Below are positions 1-13,746 of a DNA stretch of 64,000 bases, in pieces. Where the stretch lies: assembly GCA_964016885.1 (NCBI GenBank), contig OZ024758.1, positions 16,740,001-16,804,000 of the forward strand, written 5' to 3'. Numbering within the stretch: the stretch's first letter is position 1; every line of letters begins with the position of its first letter. Source of the stretch: Eledone cirrhosa (taxonomy: Eukaryota). Below the pieces are notes generated by a model. The model searched no databases. It was not told the origin of the DNA and worked only from the letters and a program-made list of their open reading frames with translations. The position numbers and the translations under genes were made by a program.

Positions 1-452
1 TTTTTATTCTATTGTCAACATATTTTTTTTTAAAATTCAGTTGTGGAAGAATGGAAGAAGAAAAAAAGTAAAAAAAAATACAAAAAGAAAAACAAACAGT
101 AGTAATAATATTTTGAAAATATAAAAACAAAAATAAATAACACATGAAAAGAAATACACACACAAAAAAAAATTTAAAATACAAAGATAAAAAAATAGTT
201 GTGTGAATATAATAATGTTCGTCGTAAATAATATTTTTGAAAACAGAAAAATAATTTTATTACAGAATTTGTGTCTTTTTACCTCTCTTTGTATCTATAG
301 ATATTATTACTATTATCATTATTTCTCTTATTATCTGAGTTCAAATCCCGCCGAGGTTAACTTTGTCTTTCATCCTTACGGGGTCGATAAAATAAAGTAC
401 CAGTAATGTACTGGGTAATTGCTGGCCTTGTGCCTAAAGTAGAAACAATTAT

Positions 453-508
<56 letters not shown>

Positions 509-518
509 TCATATATAT

Positions 519-554
<36 letters not shown>

Positions 555-1145
555 TTATATATATTATTTTATATATATTATTTTATATATATTATTATAT
601 ATATATATATATTATTATATATATATATATATATATTATTATATATATATATATATTATTATATATATATTATTATATATATATATATTATTATTATATA
701 TATATATACTATTATTATTTTATATATATAATATATATATATACTATTATTATTTTATATATATTTATATTATTCTTATTTTATATATATATATTATCAT
801 TATTATTTTATATATATTATCATTATTATTTTAAATATATATATATATTATTATTAATTGTTGTTTTTATGGTGTTCGTAGAATTTGAAAATTTTACAAA
901 CAGCCTAAGAATAAAAACATATGCACACGTTCTTCTCTTTTCTTTTTACGTTCCAGCCGAAAGATACGCGAACATTTGAGAGAAAAATCAGTAAAAGAAA
1001 CGAAAAAGCAAAAAAAAAGCACCATTTACCGTCTTTGATTTTATATTTTACCAGGTGTAAAGCATTTTTTTAGATTGTCATATGAAGAAAAGCATAAACA
1101 TATATGCGAAAATCGTATATATATATATATACACACTATATATAT

Positions 1146-1190
<45 letters not shown>

Positions 1191-2030
1191 TACGATTTTC
1201 GTCATATATATATATATATTTATATGTATGTATATATATGTATATGTATTTTATATATGTATATATATATATATATGTATACGTATGTATATATATATAT
1301 ATATGTGTGTGTGTAAAGAAATGTTTACACCCCCTCACCGAGAACACACATCAATGATATATTTATTTAATGAGAAAAGAAAATGAAATTTCGGAGAATA
1401 ACTTAGTTTTTATTTAAACTTTTCCATCTCTCACCCAGTAATAGTATTTTTGTGTCACCTTCCTTTGAAAGTTTAGTGAGATAATGTGTATCATATTTGA
1501 ATACCTGTCTCACAGAAGTCATTGCACAATAGCTTCAATGAATCTTGTTATATCTTAGTTTGATCGTCTGGTGTCTTTTTTAAAAAAGAATTTGTTTGTT
1601 GTTTCACACCAGTCAAACTCAGTGTTGAATAGTAGTAGCCAGACATACTGGGATCCCATGCAGGATCTTGCATCGTGTTGGTTTAACTTATACGAAGAGC
1701 AAGCTCTTGCAGACCAAAACAAATGATCGAACCATTTCAAAGGGGTTTTGTTAAGTGTGTGTAGTGGAAAGATGGAGTGATAGGGAAGTAGAACGATATT
1801 TTTTTTTTTTCAGTTGGAGTACTGATAAAGAGTCATCTTTAATGAGACGGCATCGAATATATCTATGTGTATATATATATATATATATAATGTGCGTGTG
1901 TGTGTATATGTATATATACACACACACATATATACAAAAGCTAGATGTGGTATATTTTCGATGGAATAAAAAGTTTTAGTATCGTACACAATACCTGCTC
2001 CATGGTAATCTCGTGAGATTGTACATGGAG

Positions 2031-2071
<41 letters not shown>

Positions 2072-2183
2072 CACACACATATACGCACACATATATATAT
2101 ACACACACGTATATATATACACACATATATACATATGTACACATATTTATACATATACACTTATATACATATATATATATGTG

Positions 2184-2224
<41 letters not shown>

Positions 2225-2363
2225 CATATATATATATATACACATATACACTTATATACATATATATATATGGTGTGTGTATATATATATATATATATAT
2301 ACATATGTATATGTATATATGTATATATATATATATACACACAACATATATATATGTAGATAA

Positions 2364-2403
<40 letters not shown>

Positions 2404-2465
2404 TTGTGTGTGTATATATGTGTGTACGTATTTATATGTATGTATATATGTGTGTATGTATATAT

Positions 2466-3048
2466 GTCAGGTCACCAGTTGGTGCTACTGGTAACATGTC
2501 GGGTCGTTGGCGACTAAACTGGCAACCCCACCAAGGTTCCTTGGTGAGGAGGGTGACTTTGGACATCCTGCAGGACTGAAAACAAAACCTGTCAAAGGGC
2601 AAAGGACCTCTTAATAGTCAATGGCCATCCAAAATCACAGGAAGAGATGACCCCTTAGCCTTTGTCAAGGCAGAATTCTCCGAGAAGGAAAACTCCTATA
2701 TAACACCTGCAACCCTGATGGTATCCAATGATGTTGACTTGTTCTTCTTTTTGGTAAATATCATCTTGGTTAAGAGAGTGGGACTGGCTTTGTGCAGTGC
2801 CTTTGCACACTATAAAAGCTTCACGGCACAGGCATTGCTTTATATCTGGAGATCTCTCTGCCCTTGTCGTCACATGGTACCATGGGCCCAGCACTATGTG
2901 TCAATTAGTGTCACAAGTGTTGTGTTTGTACCAGAGTTTTCAAGTCGCTGGCTGGACTAAAAAGTCAGACTCGTTCAGTTTATCTGTAGGGGTTCTCCTA
3001 CATGGATATAAAGTAGTGGCCGTACTCGAAAACGAGTTGGCAGCCACC

Positions 3049-3050
<2 letters not shown>
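2466..3050 (+). mobile_element. ~590-bp interspersed element, possibly RTE-LINE-derived and non-autonomous
   Basis: Clearly homologous to 37119-37708(-) with the same ends. The motifs gtcgttggcgactaa and gaaggaaaactc resemble RTE 5'UTRs (from memory, unverified). Confidence 0.55.
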
Positions 3051-3083
<33 letters not shown>

Positions 3084-3087
<4 letters not shown>

Positions 3088-3225
3088 AGTAAGTAAGACC
3101 CCGACGTCTGAGCTCAAGCCGTTTCGACGGGGTCTTACTTACTCCTATTACCCACTCTACTACCCTAAGTATTGAGTACTTTGGTGCGTTATGGTCCACC
3201 TGGTTCCTTACCACTTTTCCCTCGC
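3084..3225 (-). mobile_element. Family E copy with short inverted ends
   Basis: taggagtaagtaagaccccg...cggggtcttacttactccta plus the reversed leader, between (TA)n tracts. Confidence 0.7.
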
Positions 3226-6200
3226 TATATATATATATATATATATATATTGCTCCATGTACAATCTCACGAGATATATATGGAGCATATATTGTGTACG
3301 ATACTAAAACTTTTTATTCCATCGACAATATACCACATGTAGCTTTTTTAGCAATAACATGACGCCTGTGAATAATCCTATGAATTTGAAGGAAATAAAA
3401 CATTATTCCAGTATATACATGTTATAGAACAATACAGCATTCCACTAGAGATGTGGTTAAGATATTAAAACCTACTAAAACAATCAGTTGAAATCGGCTT
3501 CCTAACACACATATAAAAAGGATAGGAAATAATTAATTGTGAAACGGGCAAACTGACATGGGAAATATATAATAAACTGTAAAAAAAGTAAGAATGGGTG
3601 GATCACATATATATTGGGTTGTAACAATCTTCCGCCGTTGTTTTGATTAAGAAGCTTCATAACAACGGTAGGAATTTACCTAATAGATGTAGTTTACCCA
3701 ATAGATGTAGTTTACCAAATAGATGTAGTTTCAAAAAATAGCATTAGCCCTATCTTTGTTACATAAACTTATCGAAGTATATATAATAAACTGACTTAGG
3801 TTATATAATAAACTAACTTGGAAAATATATAATAAAAGTAAGAATGGAGGTGTTATGTAGTTAAAAGTCGTCTGCTTCATTTCTATATCACATACGACGG
3901 GCAAGGCAAGTATGATACGTACCGGAGAATCTTGTACTGAAAGTAAATGTGCTCAATATAATATTCCTTTCCCCTTCATTCCACTGTGATCTAGATCACT
4001 TTCTTTTCCCTGCCCTTTCTCGTTTTTTATATTTTCTTATTCTACATTCCATTCTTTCTTCTCAATCTATATTTTTCATTTTATTATTAGATAGTTTGAA
4101 AAAAGCTGAAAGAATTAATCATTTTAAAAAAAGCTGTTTCCGCAGATAGATGCGATAGGAGAGTGGACGTAGGATCACATTTATAGATGTAATTTCAACG
4201 AATATAGCGTTAGTCCTTTCCTTGTTACGTATATTTTTCGAAGTTCATACACACATGCTTTTCAGCGTAAAAGCTCAGCGGCCAGGAACATACGGTCTTT
4301 AATGAAGCGGATACGGGTATAGGAACATAAGGTCTTTATTCAGGTTCATTACATACGACCAGTGTTTCAAATCCTAAATTTTAAATTGGGCTTCAGCCTT
4401 CGTTTGAAGTTAGGCCCATCTACTTGTCATTTCTTGTGTTTCCTGTGAAGATTTCAGTACTCATTTGAAGTTCGCATTTTTCTACGAGAGAGAAAAAGTA
4501 GCTGGACTTCATTTTGTGTCATGTTCTATTAGCGTACGTGATTGGTTAGAGAACTGGATTCGCAATCATGAGGTTGTCTGTTCGATTCCTGGCGATGCTC
4601 TATGTCCTTGAGCAAAACAATTTATTTCACGCCGCTGCTCCTTCTACCTGGAGTTGCGAACCGATAGATAGTATTAGCAATTGGAAAAACCAACGGAAAC
4701 ATTATTTCCTCGGTCCTATTTGACGAAAGTCGATCGACAAATTCTATTAGTATGATAGAACGATACGGAGTAGGAAAGCTCTCACCTACATACACTCTCC
4801 GACCGCATCTATACTGCGGAAACACTTTTTTTAAAGTGATTAATTTTTAAATCTAATCGAAAAATAAAAAAAATATAGATTGAGAAGAAAGTATTGAATG
4901 TAAAATAAGAAAATATAAAAAGCGTAAAAGGGAGGGAAAGCAAAGGGATCTTCACAGAAGAATGAAGAAGGGGGAAGGAATATTACATTGGGCACATTTA
5001 CTTTCACTACAAGATTCCCCGGTACGTATCATGCTTTCCTTGTCCGTCATATGTGGTATATAAATGAAGCAGACGACTTTTTAACTACATCACACATTCT
5101 ACTGAAAGTATATTGACGACGACATCATAAGCTAAGAAATTTCAGAGATTTGTGTAAAAACTAAATTACTGCTTCTATAACTCTCCTTAAACCGAACAGC
5201 TCTCTAGCCTGAGGCATCTTGTGATATCTTTCTTCACAGACTATGGGTACATTCTCCCAAAATTACGTAAACATTTATGTATTCCTTTATCCATTACTCA
5301 GTACCCAGTAACCCTGTAGCCAGGTACCTCGAGTCACGAAAGTTGAATTGCATTACTTAATGTACGGCTGCAAGCTGTGATAACGTCACATTAAAATCAC
5401 TCTTGAAGAAACTACAAATTTAAGCTAACGAAGCAACGAAGCACACCAACAATTCACGGTCCAAAGAAAGTCAACCATCCATCGTCATTTATCAGGTAGA
5501 TACAAAGATGTATAACAAAGTTCTGAAATACACCTTAAATCCAATGTCTCTTACTTCTCAAGTGAACATATCTTTTCTCAAGAAAGAAAGAAAGATTTGT
5601 TTAAAAAGAAAGGTTTTACAAACATCAATATATAAATTAAATAAATATCCGCAACAAGGCTAGAAAATATATTATCATTGATTACTTCTTTTTTTAGTAC
5701 ACAATTTTTCCATTCTCATCGTGTAAAATGTTGCGTAACACATTGTAACAATGAAGCTAATAATGAGAAATAGGATGAGAACAAGGGAGGTGAGGAACAA
5801 AAGCAAAAACGAATGTTTGTGTTTTCAGAACAGCACATTACTCCCCTTCAGTTCAAATCTCGTATGCATTATTTTTGTTCTAATGAGATGGAAAGAGATA
5901 TGAAACTACTCAGATTTTCAGTGTTATTGTTTTAGAAATATATTGAATGTTAGGCATGGATTTCTATACCTGTATTCACGGGCATGCTGGAGTATAAATT
6001 AATCTGTAAAAATCAATAAGAAAAACAGAAAAAAAAACAACAACAGCAAAGCGTTAAATACAAAGAATGCTACATTACTATATAACAGAGAATGATTTTA
6101 AGAGATACACTCTAAAAGTAATCACAAAAATAACACTGTTGACGCATTCTATTTGAAGACATCATAACGTCGGAGAAATAACAATAGCATCATAGTAGAT

Positions 6201-7000
6201 TTTGAGATGAGTTTTCTACACAAATGTTTGTTATAAATCAGCGAAAGACTTTAGAATAAATCAAAATAAACAAGGCGCATTTAAAAACAATAGCATGCTA
6301 TAACTGGTCTCTCCAAAGTATTCTGAATAAAGACAGATGTCAATTTTGATTTGTACACAACTGTTTCTGAACGAAAACAAAAAGCACCTACCCTTCTGTG
6401 GTTAAGTTAATAGAAAAGAAAAAGTGAGACCTTTCAATCTTGAGTCAAATAGAAATAGCTAAAGTTACAGGGAAGTAGGAAATAAAAAATAAATGTTAAT
6501 GTTAGAAGAATAAAGAAAGAGGAAAAGAAACTTTCAACATTAAAGAAACTAAAGCAAGATATTGAATCAAAATTACGATGAATCAGGATTCTAAGAATAT
6601 TCATGCTTCTATAAGTAAACCACATTTTACTGGGAACAACATTGGAAGGTTTTACAGTAGAGAAGTTTGTGACAATGTTGGTAAAAGACAAACTGAGATA
6701 ATAGTGGGAAAGGTATTTTCATACATATTGAAGGTTTGAAGCGTATTACATATATATATAACTATATATATAACTATATAGTAATAATAAATAGGAAAAC
6801 CACAGCACGAAGAGGACTCGATAAGAAAAGAAGCGATTCTTTGCTTAAACTTTAATATGTACTAATAATATACGTATATATATATATACAAGGTGCACCC
6901 CCAAAAATGTATACATACTTCAACAGCATTCTAATAAATATTCCAAGTGCAGGTAATAAAAGTGTGTATAAGGGAGTGCCACCGCGCGCGCGTGCGCGTG

Positions 7001-7044
<44 letters not shown>

Positions 7045-7127
7045 AAGTTTTATTTAAATTGTTGGGTTACAACGAGTAAATATTTATAACTGATATAAAA
7101 GCACTCAACAATTATTTGGAGTATATT

Positions 7128-7433
7128 TACGATATTAAATAAATGGAAACTATATTTATAAAACCATATTTATTTCATTATATATATTTCAGGGATATCA
7201 TATTAAAAATATGGTATGCCTTCATCAGACAAAATACAATATAAATAGATTTGACATACCTTACAACTTCAACTTCCATTTAAAATGGAAGTTGAAGTTG
7301 TAAGGTATGTCAAATCTATTTATATTGTATTTTGTCTGATGAAGGCATACCATATTTTTAATATGATATCCCTGAAATATATATAATGAAATAAATATGG
7401 TTTTATAAATATAGTTTCCATTTATTTAATATC

Positions 7434-7436
<3 letters not shown>
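7128..7436. mobile_element. Perfect palindrome (154-bp arms, 1-nt apex at 7282); Penelope-like-derived fold-back element, family A
   Basis: 7128-7281 is the reverse complement of 7283-7436. Preceded by a leader (7041-7127, containing aagcactcaac) and bounded by (TA)n. Contains a hammerhead motif. A related copy lies at 44466-44770. Confidence 0.8.
7328..7393 (+). ncRNA. Minimal type-I hammerhead ribozyme motif (mirror copy on the - strand in the left arm)
   Basis: tattttgt-CTGATGA-aggcataccatatt(ttt)aatatgatatccct-GAAA-tatata-TA-atgaaata. Stem I 8 bp with two G-U pairs, stem II with 2 mismatches, palindromic loop III. Confidence 0.65.
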
Positions 7437-7464
<28 letters not shown>

Positions 7465-7468
<4 letters not shown>

Positions 7469-7564
7469 AACAGATTAAAGTTTAAGCAAAGAATCGTTGC
7501 TTTTACCCTTAAAGGGATCTTCTGAAAGCAGCGAGTCTTTGCTTAAACTTTAATTTGTTCTTAT
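7465..7564. repeat. Imperfect palindrome, fold-back family F
   Basis: ataagaacagattaaagtttaagcaaagaatcgttgcttt is inverted around a short spacer. Related sequence at 6780-6856 and 60610-60770. Confidence 0.65.
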
Positions 7565-7743
7565 CATAAATATTTGCTCTGTGGGTTTATTATTATATAT
7601 ACATATATAACGGGGGAGTTGTGGTAAGGAACCAGATGGACCATAATGCACCAGAGTACTCAATACTTAGGTATTACTGTTTTTACTCCAGAAATAGCCG
7701 TCGAAACGGCATGAGCTCTGCCGTCGGGGTCATAGTTTCTCCC

Positions 7744-7778
<35 letters not shown>

Positions 7779-7837
7779 TATAATCTTTATTAAGCCTTCT
7801 TCGGATTTTAGTCTTCACCTTTATTATTAGTATTATA

Positions 7838-8028
7838 AGGGCAGTGGATTGGCAGTATCTCTAGAGGATCGGACACCATGCTTTGATGCATAGAGTTACG
7901 GCCCTTGCCATTCTGAGTTCAAATCCCGCCGAGGTTAACTTTGCCTTTCATCCTTACGGGATCGATAAAATAAAGTACCAGTAATGCACTGGGTAATTGC
8001 TGGCCTTGTGCCAAAAGTAGAAACAATT
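7838..8028 (+). mobile_element. tRNA-derived SINE, full-length representative (about 40 copies in the window)
   Basis: A-box-like tggcagtatc and B box gagttcaaatccc. Body gcctttcatccttacggggtcgataaaataaagtaccag resembles the Meta/MESC central domain. Tail ggccttgtgccaaaagtagaaacaatt. Confidence 0.85.
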
Positions 8029-8361
8029 AACTGTCTGCGTGCGTGCGTGCGTGCGCTTAAGGTAACCGAACATCAAATGAAGAAATACCAACTGAGGAAG
8101 ATAATAAAAATATCTAGTAACTATACATCCGTGAAAGCGTATTTCTGGCCAGGATAGGACTTATGAATCACCATGAACCTCCCATACCATCAGTGTTGGA
8201 TTTGCCTTTAGGATAAATAAACTACAGCATAGGGTCACACACCCTCGGGGATTTTATTCTTTTTTACGAGAAGGGCCTGAAATTTCATATAGGTTTGTGC
8301 CCCAGAAGGTGAAAGTCCGGCCATACAGAGCATACACACATACTTAGCTAGTATCTTCGTG

Positions 8362-8500
8362 AAGGCGCGTGGTTTGGGGGTTAGCGAGCTGGATTCGCAA
8401 TCGTGAGGTTGCGAGTTCAATTCTCGGACCGGGTGATGCGTTGTGTCCTTCAGCAAGACACTTTATTTCACGTTTCTCCTTCTGTCATGAGTTGCGACAG
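8362..8500 (+). mobile_element. CORE-type tRNA SINE (second family)
   Basis: tRNA-like head (gagttcaattc) followed by ttgtgtccttcagcaagacactttatttcac, which is CORE-like. Related copies at about 4535-4650, 43250-43400 and 50942-51072(-). Confidence 0.65.
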
Positions 8501-8709
8501 GTAAATAGTATGAGCAATAGAAAGACCAATGGAAACATTGTTTCTTTGGTCCAAATTAACGAGATCTACCCCTTTGACAAACGAATGAAGTCTGGGATCT
8601 TCTTGATCGATCAAAGAGCGAATATTTTCATCTTCAGCAACGAGTGATAAACAATGTAAATATTATTAAATATTCGCCTAATATTGCAGAACTTATCTTA
8701 ATTATAATG

Positions 8710-9715
8710 GTTTCTTATATAAGCACAAGGCCAGCAATTTTAGGGGCGCGGAAAGTCGATAAAATCGACCCCAGTGCGTGACTGTTACTTTATTTTATCA
8801 ACCCCGTCAGGATGAAAAGCAAAATTAACCTCGGCGGGATCTGAACTCAGATCATAAAGGGCCGTAACTCTATGCTGCAAAGCATGGCGTCTGACCCTCT
8901 ACCGATACTGTCAATCCACATAATAGAATCTATTTTCTTTATCGAACTAACAGATACAACATATATGCTATATGTAGAATTAACTAAGTATGTAATAAAC
9001 AGTTAATGGTAAACGCAAACCATAAAATTACATTTAATATAAATATCAAACGAAGTTAACGATGTGGCAACTGTCGCAGCTTGGTAAGAGTAATATAATT
9101 TAATGTTGGAAATTATTAGTTAAATTATTAGTTAATTCATTCATAAAATAAATAATTGTTTCTACTTTTGGCACAAGGCCAGTAATTACCCAGTGCATTA
9201 CTGGTACTTTATTTTATCGACCCCGTAAGGATGAAAGGCAAAGTTAACCTTAGCGGGATTTGAACTCAGAATGGCAAGGGCCGTAACTATGCGTCAAAGC
9301 ATAACGTCCGACCCTCTACCGATACTGCCATACTAATTGTTTCTATTTTAGGCACAAGGCCAGCAATTACCCAGTGCATTGCTGGTACTTTATTTTATCG
9401 ACCCCGTAAGGATGAAAGGCAAAGTCAACATCGGCGGGATTTGAACTCAGACCGTAAAGGGACGTAACTATGCTGGAAAGCATGGCGTCCGACTCTCCAC
9501 CGATACTGCCAATTCACCGCCCTTCTTTTTTTTTTCTACTTTAGGCACAAGGCCAGCAAATTACCCAGTGCATTACTGGTACTTTATTTTATCGACCCAG
9601 TAAGGATGAAAGGCAAAGTCAACCTCGGCGGGATTTGAACTCAGATCGTAAAGGGACGTAACTATGCTGGAAAGCATGGCGTCCGACCCTCCACCGATAC
9701 TGCCAATCCACCACC
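8710..9715 (-). mobile_element. SINE cluster: one copy plus three head-to-tail copies (9153-9715)
   Basis: Repeated reverse complement of the SINE consensus. Confidence 0.85.
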
Positions 9716-9834
9716 ATAAAATAAATAATATACCTTCGTTATATTTTCCCCTAAGATCTCCTTTAACACAGAATCATTTCAAATGGTTTTACATTCAATT
9801 TTCCATTGCTGCATGGAGATATTTTTCTTGTTAA

Positions 9835-10555
9835 TGTCGTCGCTGCTGTTGGTATTGTTAATGAAGGTGTTGCTGTTGGTGTTGTTGTTGGTATTGTTAT
9901 TGTTGCTGTTGCTTTGGTATTGTTATTGATGCTGTTGGTGTTGGTGTTGTTGTTGGTATTGTTATTGTTGCTGTTGCTTTGGTATTGTTATTGATGGTGT
10001 TGCTGTTGGTGGTGTTGTTGGTATTGTCATTGATGGTGTTGCTGTTGTGGTTGTTGTTGTTAGTATTGTTATTGTTGCTGGTGGTGCTGGCGTTGTTGTT
10101 GTTTTTGGTGGTGCTGCTGTTGGTGGTGCTGTTGACGTTGTTGGTGTTAGTGTTGTAGTTGGTGCTGGTGTTGTTGTTGGTATTGTTATTGATGGTGTTG
10201 CTGTTGTGGTTGTTGTTGTTAGTATTTTTATTGCTGCTTTGGTATTGTTATTGATGGTGTTGTTGGTGGTGGTGCTGGCGTCGGCGTCGTCGTTGTTGGT
10301 GGTGCTGGCGTCGTTGTTGTTGTTGTTGTTGTTGGTGGTGGTGCTGGCGTCGTTGTTGGTGGTGCTGTTGACGTTGTTGGTGTTAGTGTTGTAGTTGGTG
10401 CTGGTGTTGTTGTTAATGTTGTCGGTGCTGTCGTTGGTGTTAATGTTTCTGTAGTCATCGTCGTTGTTGTTGTCATTGTTGTTGTCATTGATGTTGTTGT
10501 TGTCATTGATGTTACTGTTGCTATGGTTTTCACCGTCCTCGTCATCGATAGTGTT
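9835..10555. repeat. Degenerate (GTT/GGT/GCT)n trinucleotide region
   Basis: Low-complexity sequence with internal duplicated blocks. Confidence 0.85.
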
Positions 10556-10724
10556 GCTTCCCTTTCTACTGTTACTTACTAAAACGGTGTATTTTACCTA
10601 CATGGCATCCTATTGCTAATTATTCTAATTATACGTTTAACCGGTTTTTCATTTATCCAGTCAGACAAACCAATGTATGTTATTGCTATGTGCTTTGCTC
10701 GTGGTCATAAAAAAAAGACCTGCA

Positions 10725-11155
10725 ATACGATTTGAACCTATGTCCATTTGATCCATGATTAATATAATAATTTTATAGCAGTTGTGCTTTCCATTATACG
10801 AGTTGAACTTATGTCCATTTGATCTAGGCTAGCAGTAATACTTTCCATTATACGATTTGAACTTATGTCCATTTGATCTAGGATAGCAGTAATACTTTCC
10901 ATTATACGATTTGAACTTATTTCCATTTGATCTAGGATAGCAGTAATACTTTCCATTATACGATTTGAACTTATGTCCATTTGATCTAGGATAGCAGTAA
11001 TACTTTCCATTATACGCTTTAAAATTATGTCCATTTGATCCAAGATCAATCTGACAATCTTTTAGCAGTTATGCTTTCCATTATGCGATGTGAACTTATG
11101 TCCATTTGATCCAGGGTCAATTTGACTATCTTATAGCAGTTGTGCTTTCCATTAT
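10725..11155. repeat. 54-bp minisatellite (some units with an extra ~15 bp)
   Basis: Unit atacgatttgaacttatgtccatttgatctaggatagcagtaatactttccatt. Confidence 0.9.
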
Positions 11156-11162
11156 TTTGTTA

Positions 11163-11550
11163 AGGGCGATGGATTGGCAGTATCGGTAGAGGGTCGGACA
11201 CCATGCTTGGCAGCAAAGAGTTACGGCCCTTTATGATCTGAGTTCAAATCCCGCCGAGGTTAACTTTGCCTTTCATCCTTACGGGGTCGATAAAATAAAG
11301 TACCAGTAATGCACTGGGATAATTGCCGGCCTTGAGCCAAAAGTAGAAATAATTATTTTGTTAAGGGCGGTGGATTGGCAGACTCGGTAGAGCGTCGGAA
11401 AAAATGCTGTGCAGTACTTTGTTACGACCCTTTACGTTCTGTATTCAAATCCCGTTGAGGTTACCTTTGCCTTTCATCGTTACGGGGTCGATAAAATCGA
11501 TTTTACACTTCCATTCAAATTGCTGGTTTTGTGCCTAAATAAGAAATATT
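11163..11550 (+). mobile_element. SINE dimer
   Basis: Two tandem copies; the junction sequence attattttgttaagggcg is repeated. Confidence 0.85.
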
Positions 11551-13545
11551 AAATTGTTAGATTCTTGCATTTTCTTAAGGCTGCAGCATCTCTGGCAATA
11601 TAATTAGTGTCTTTAGTAAAATCCAATAGCCATATATAAATCAAAAATAAATAAGTGAAAGTATGTTCAGAATGCTACATTTAATCTTATAATCAATATA
11701 TGTTGTGAGAATGTCAGACGTTGTTAGATAAATTTTTACAGTGTTAATATCTGGAGGATGTCACTAGAATTTCTGTTAATAAAATACGTTTTTGTGATAT
11801 TGCATCTATCGTTATCCCTTTATTGCTTCATATAACATATATATTTATAAGGATGCTACACGTAGCACAATTCTGCAACTGTAGTTGTGACAGGCATTTT
11901 GTTCCTTTAAACTTCGGGATAGTATAATTCCATTCACGAGAATATACAGGTATTTCTCACAAATTAGAAATTCATGTAAAAATTGGATATTTATTAGCAG
12001 CTAAGTCAAAACGTCAAACATCCAATTGTATTAAAACCACTAAATCTAATCTTATCTATTCTATCTGCTCATAAGCTAACAGTTATGGTTTCCTCGTGAG
12101 GATAATTAAAAATCCAATATTTCAAAATATTTAAGACTTGGTTGACCACCTCGACACAAATTCGACACAAATAGAACAAGTTTGTGAAAAAATTGCAAAG
12201 TGAATAGAAAATACGGGTTCGTAGTTAGTTCGAGTGCCGTTGGCTTCAATGATTACCTGAGTACGCAGAAGAACCACAACAGGTTGCTCTGTATTATGTG
12301 GTCGAAGCTTGGGTGGGATCTGTAAATGTGGTCGAAGCTTGAGTGGTATCAGAAACACATTCAGCTCTGACTGTCGGGTACAAATTTAGCCATCTAACTA
12401 AGCTGCTTATATTCCCTAATATCACGTTCAGTTCAGATGAGTTATATAGCTAATTAAGCGTGATAAAGTGCACCTCAGCGCACCAGGTCATTTGGGAACT
12501 AAGTGCAAGTGTCAAATGCTATTAGAATAGAAATTCTGCATCACCAAATTGTCTTTTGGCTGATTGAAGAATCAAAGATCTCAGGATCTTTTGATGGATA
12601 ACTACATTGAGTTTGTGCCTGAGAATATTACAATGGTCCAACACCTACATAAGTCATGACCCTCTAAATCAGGCATACCAAACATGTGGCTCTTTACAAG
12701 CAGACCCACGGTTCTCACAAAGGCTTTTACAGCGCGACCATGTTTTACCGACGTAAAATTAGTACCTCGTCAGTGATTTGCCAACCATCATTGATATTTC
12801 ATCGCATTAAAAATCATATACCTCAGGTTGGTGCGAGCAATAACTAAAAAAAGCTATTGGGACCAGTAAATCGCGTAAAGCGAGTGAGACAAGTAAACAA
12901 CATAGAAGGATAAAAAAAAAATATATATATATATAAAGAAAATGCGACGTAGTTTCAGATGTTAAGGTCCTTTAATGATAATGGTGTGATACATATTTCA
13001 ATGACGACAGTGGCAACACTCTTCGGTGTATCCAGTGCCGTGACATCATCAGACAGCTTCTTACATAATAAGTTTATGTTCCCGAGGCAATCCAAATAGA
13101 ATCGACCAGGGAACGGACAAATGTATATGAAATTCTTGCTTAAAGAAATAAAACTCAAAAGTACTGAGACGATATTAATAGTAATATAATGAGATAAGAA
13201 GAATTTCAATAGTTCCGTGTGTTGGTACACGTGTTAGTGTTCAGTAATTATCCTAGAAATTAGTGAAATTGTTCGCAAACTGAGATGACGCTCTAATGGC
13301 GTAGCAATTTTACATAAGAACAATAACATTTTAACATTTTCATCCTTTGCTTAATATATATATATATACTTATGTGTATATGTAAGGAAAACGGCCGTTA
13401 AAATGATATATATATATATATGTGTGTATGTGTGTGTGCATATATATGTGTATATAGATATGTAAGCGTGTGTATGTGTGTATATATATATATATATAGC
13501 AATTGTGCATACGAATAATGACATTTTAAAACTTTCATCCTTTGC

Positions 13546-13645
<100 letters not shown>

Positions 13646-13715
13646 TATATAAACTTACATATATAAACATACATATATCGTTTTAACGGGCGTTTTCCTT
13701 ACATACACACATAAG

Positions 13716-13746
<31 letters not shown>

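Noticed and set aside
6500-6715. Coding-like purine-rich stretch ending in AAG|GTATTT
   Set aside because: Frames are interrupted and no protein is recognisable.
7838-8028. tRNA genes
   Set aside because: A/B boxes are present but no cloverleaf is evident; these are SINE heads.
10228-10545. Thr/Pro-rich mucin-like ORF
   Set aside because: A product of a degenerate trinucleotide repeat, with no splice or domain support.
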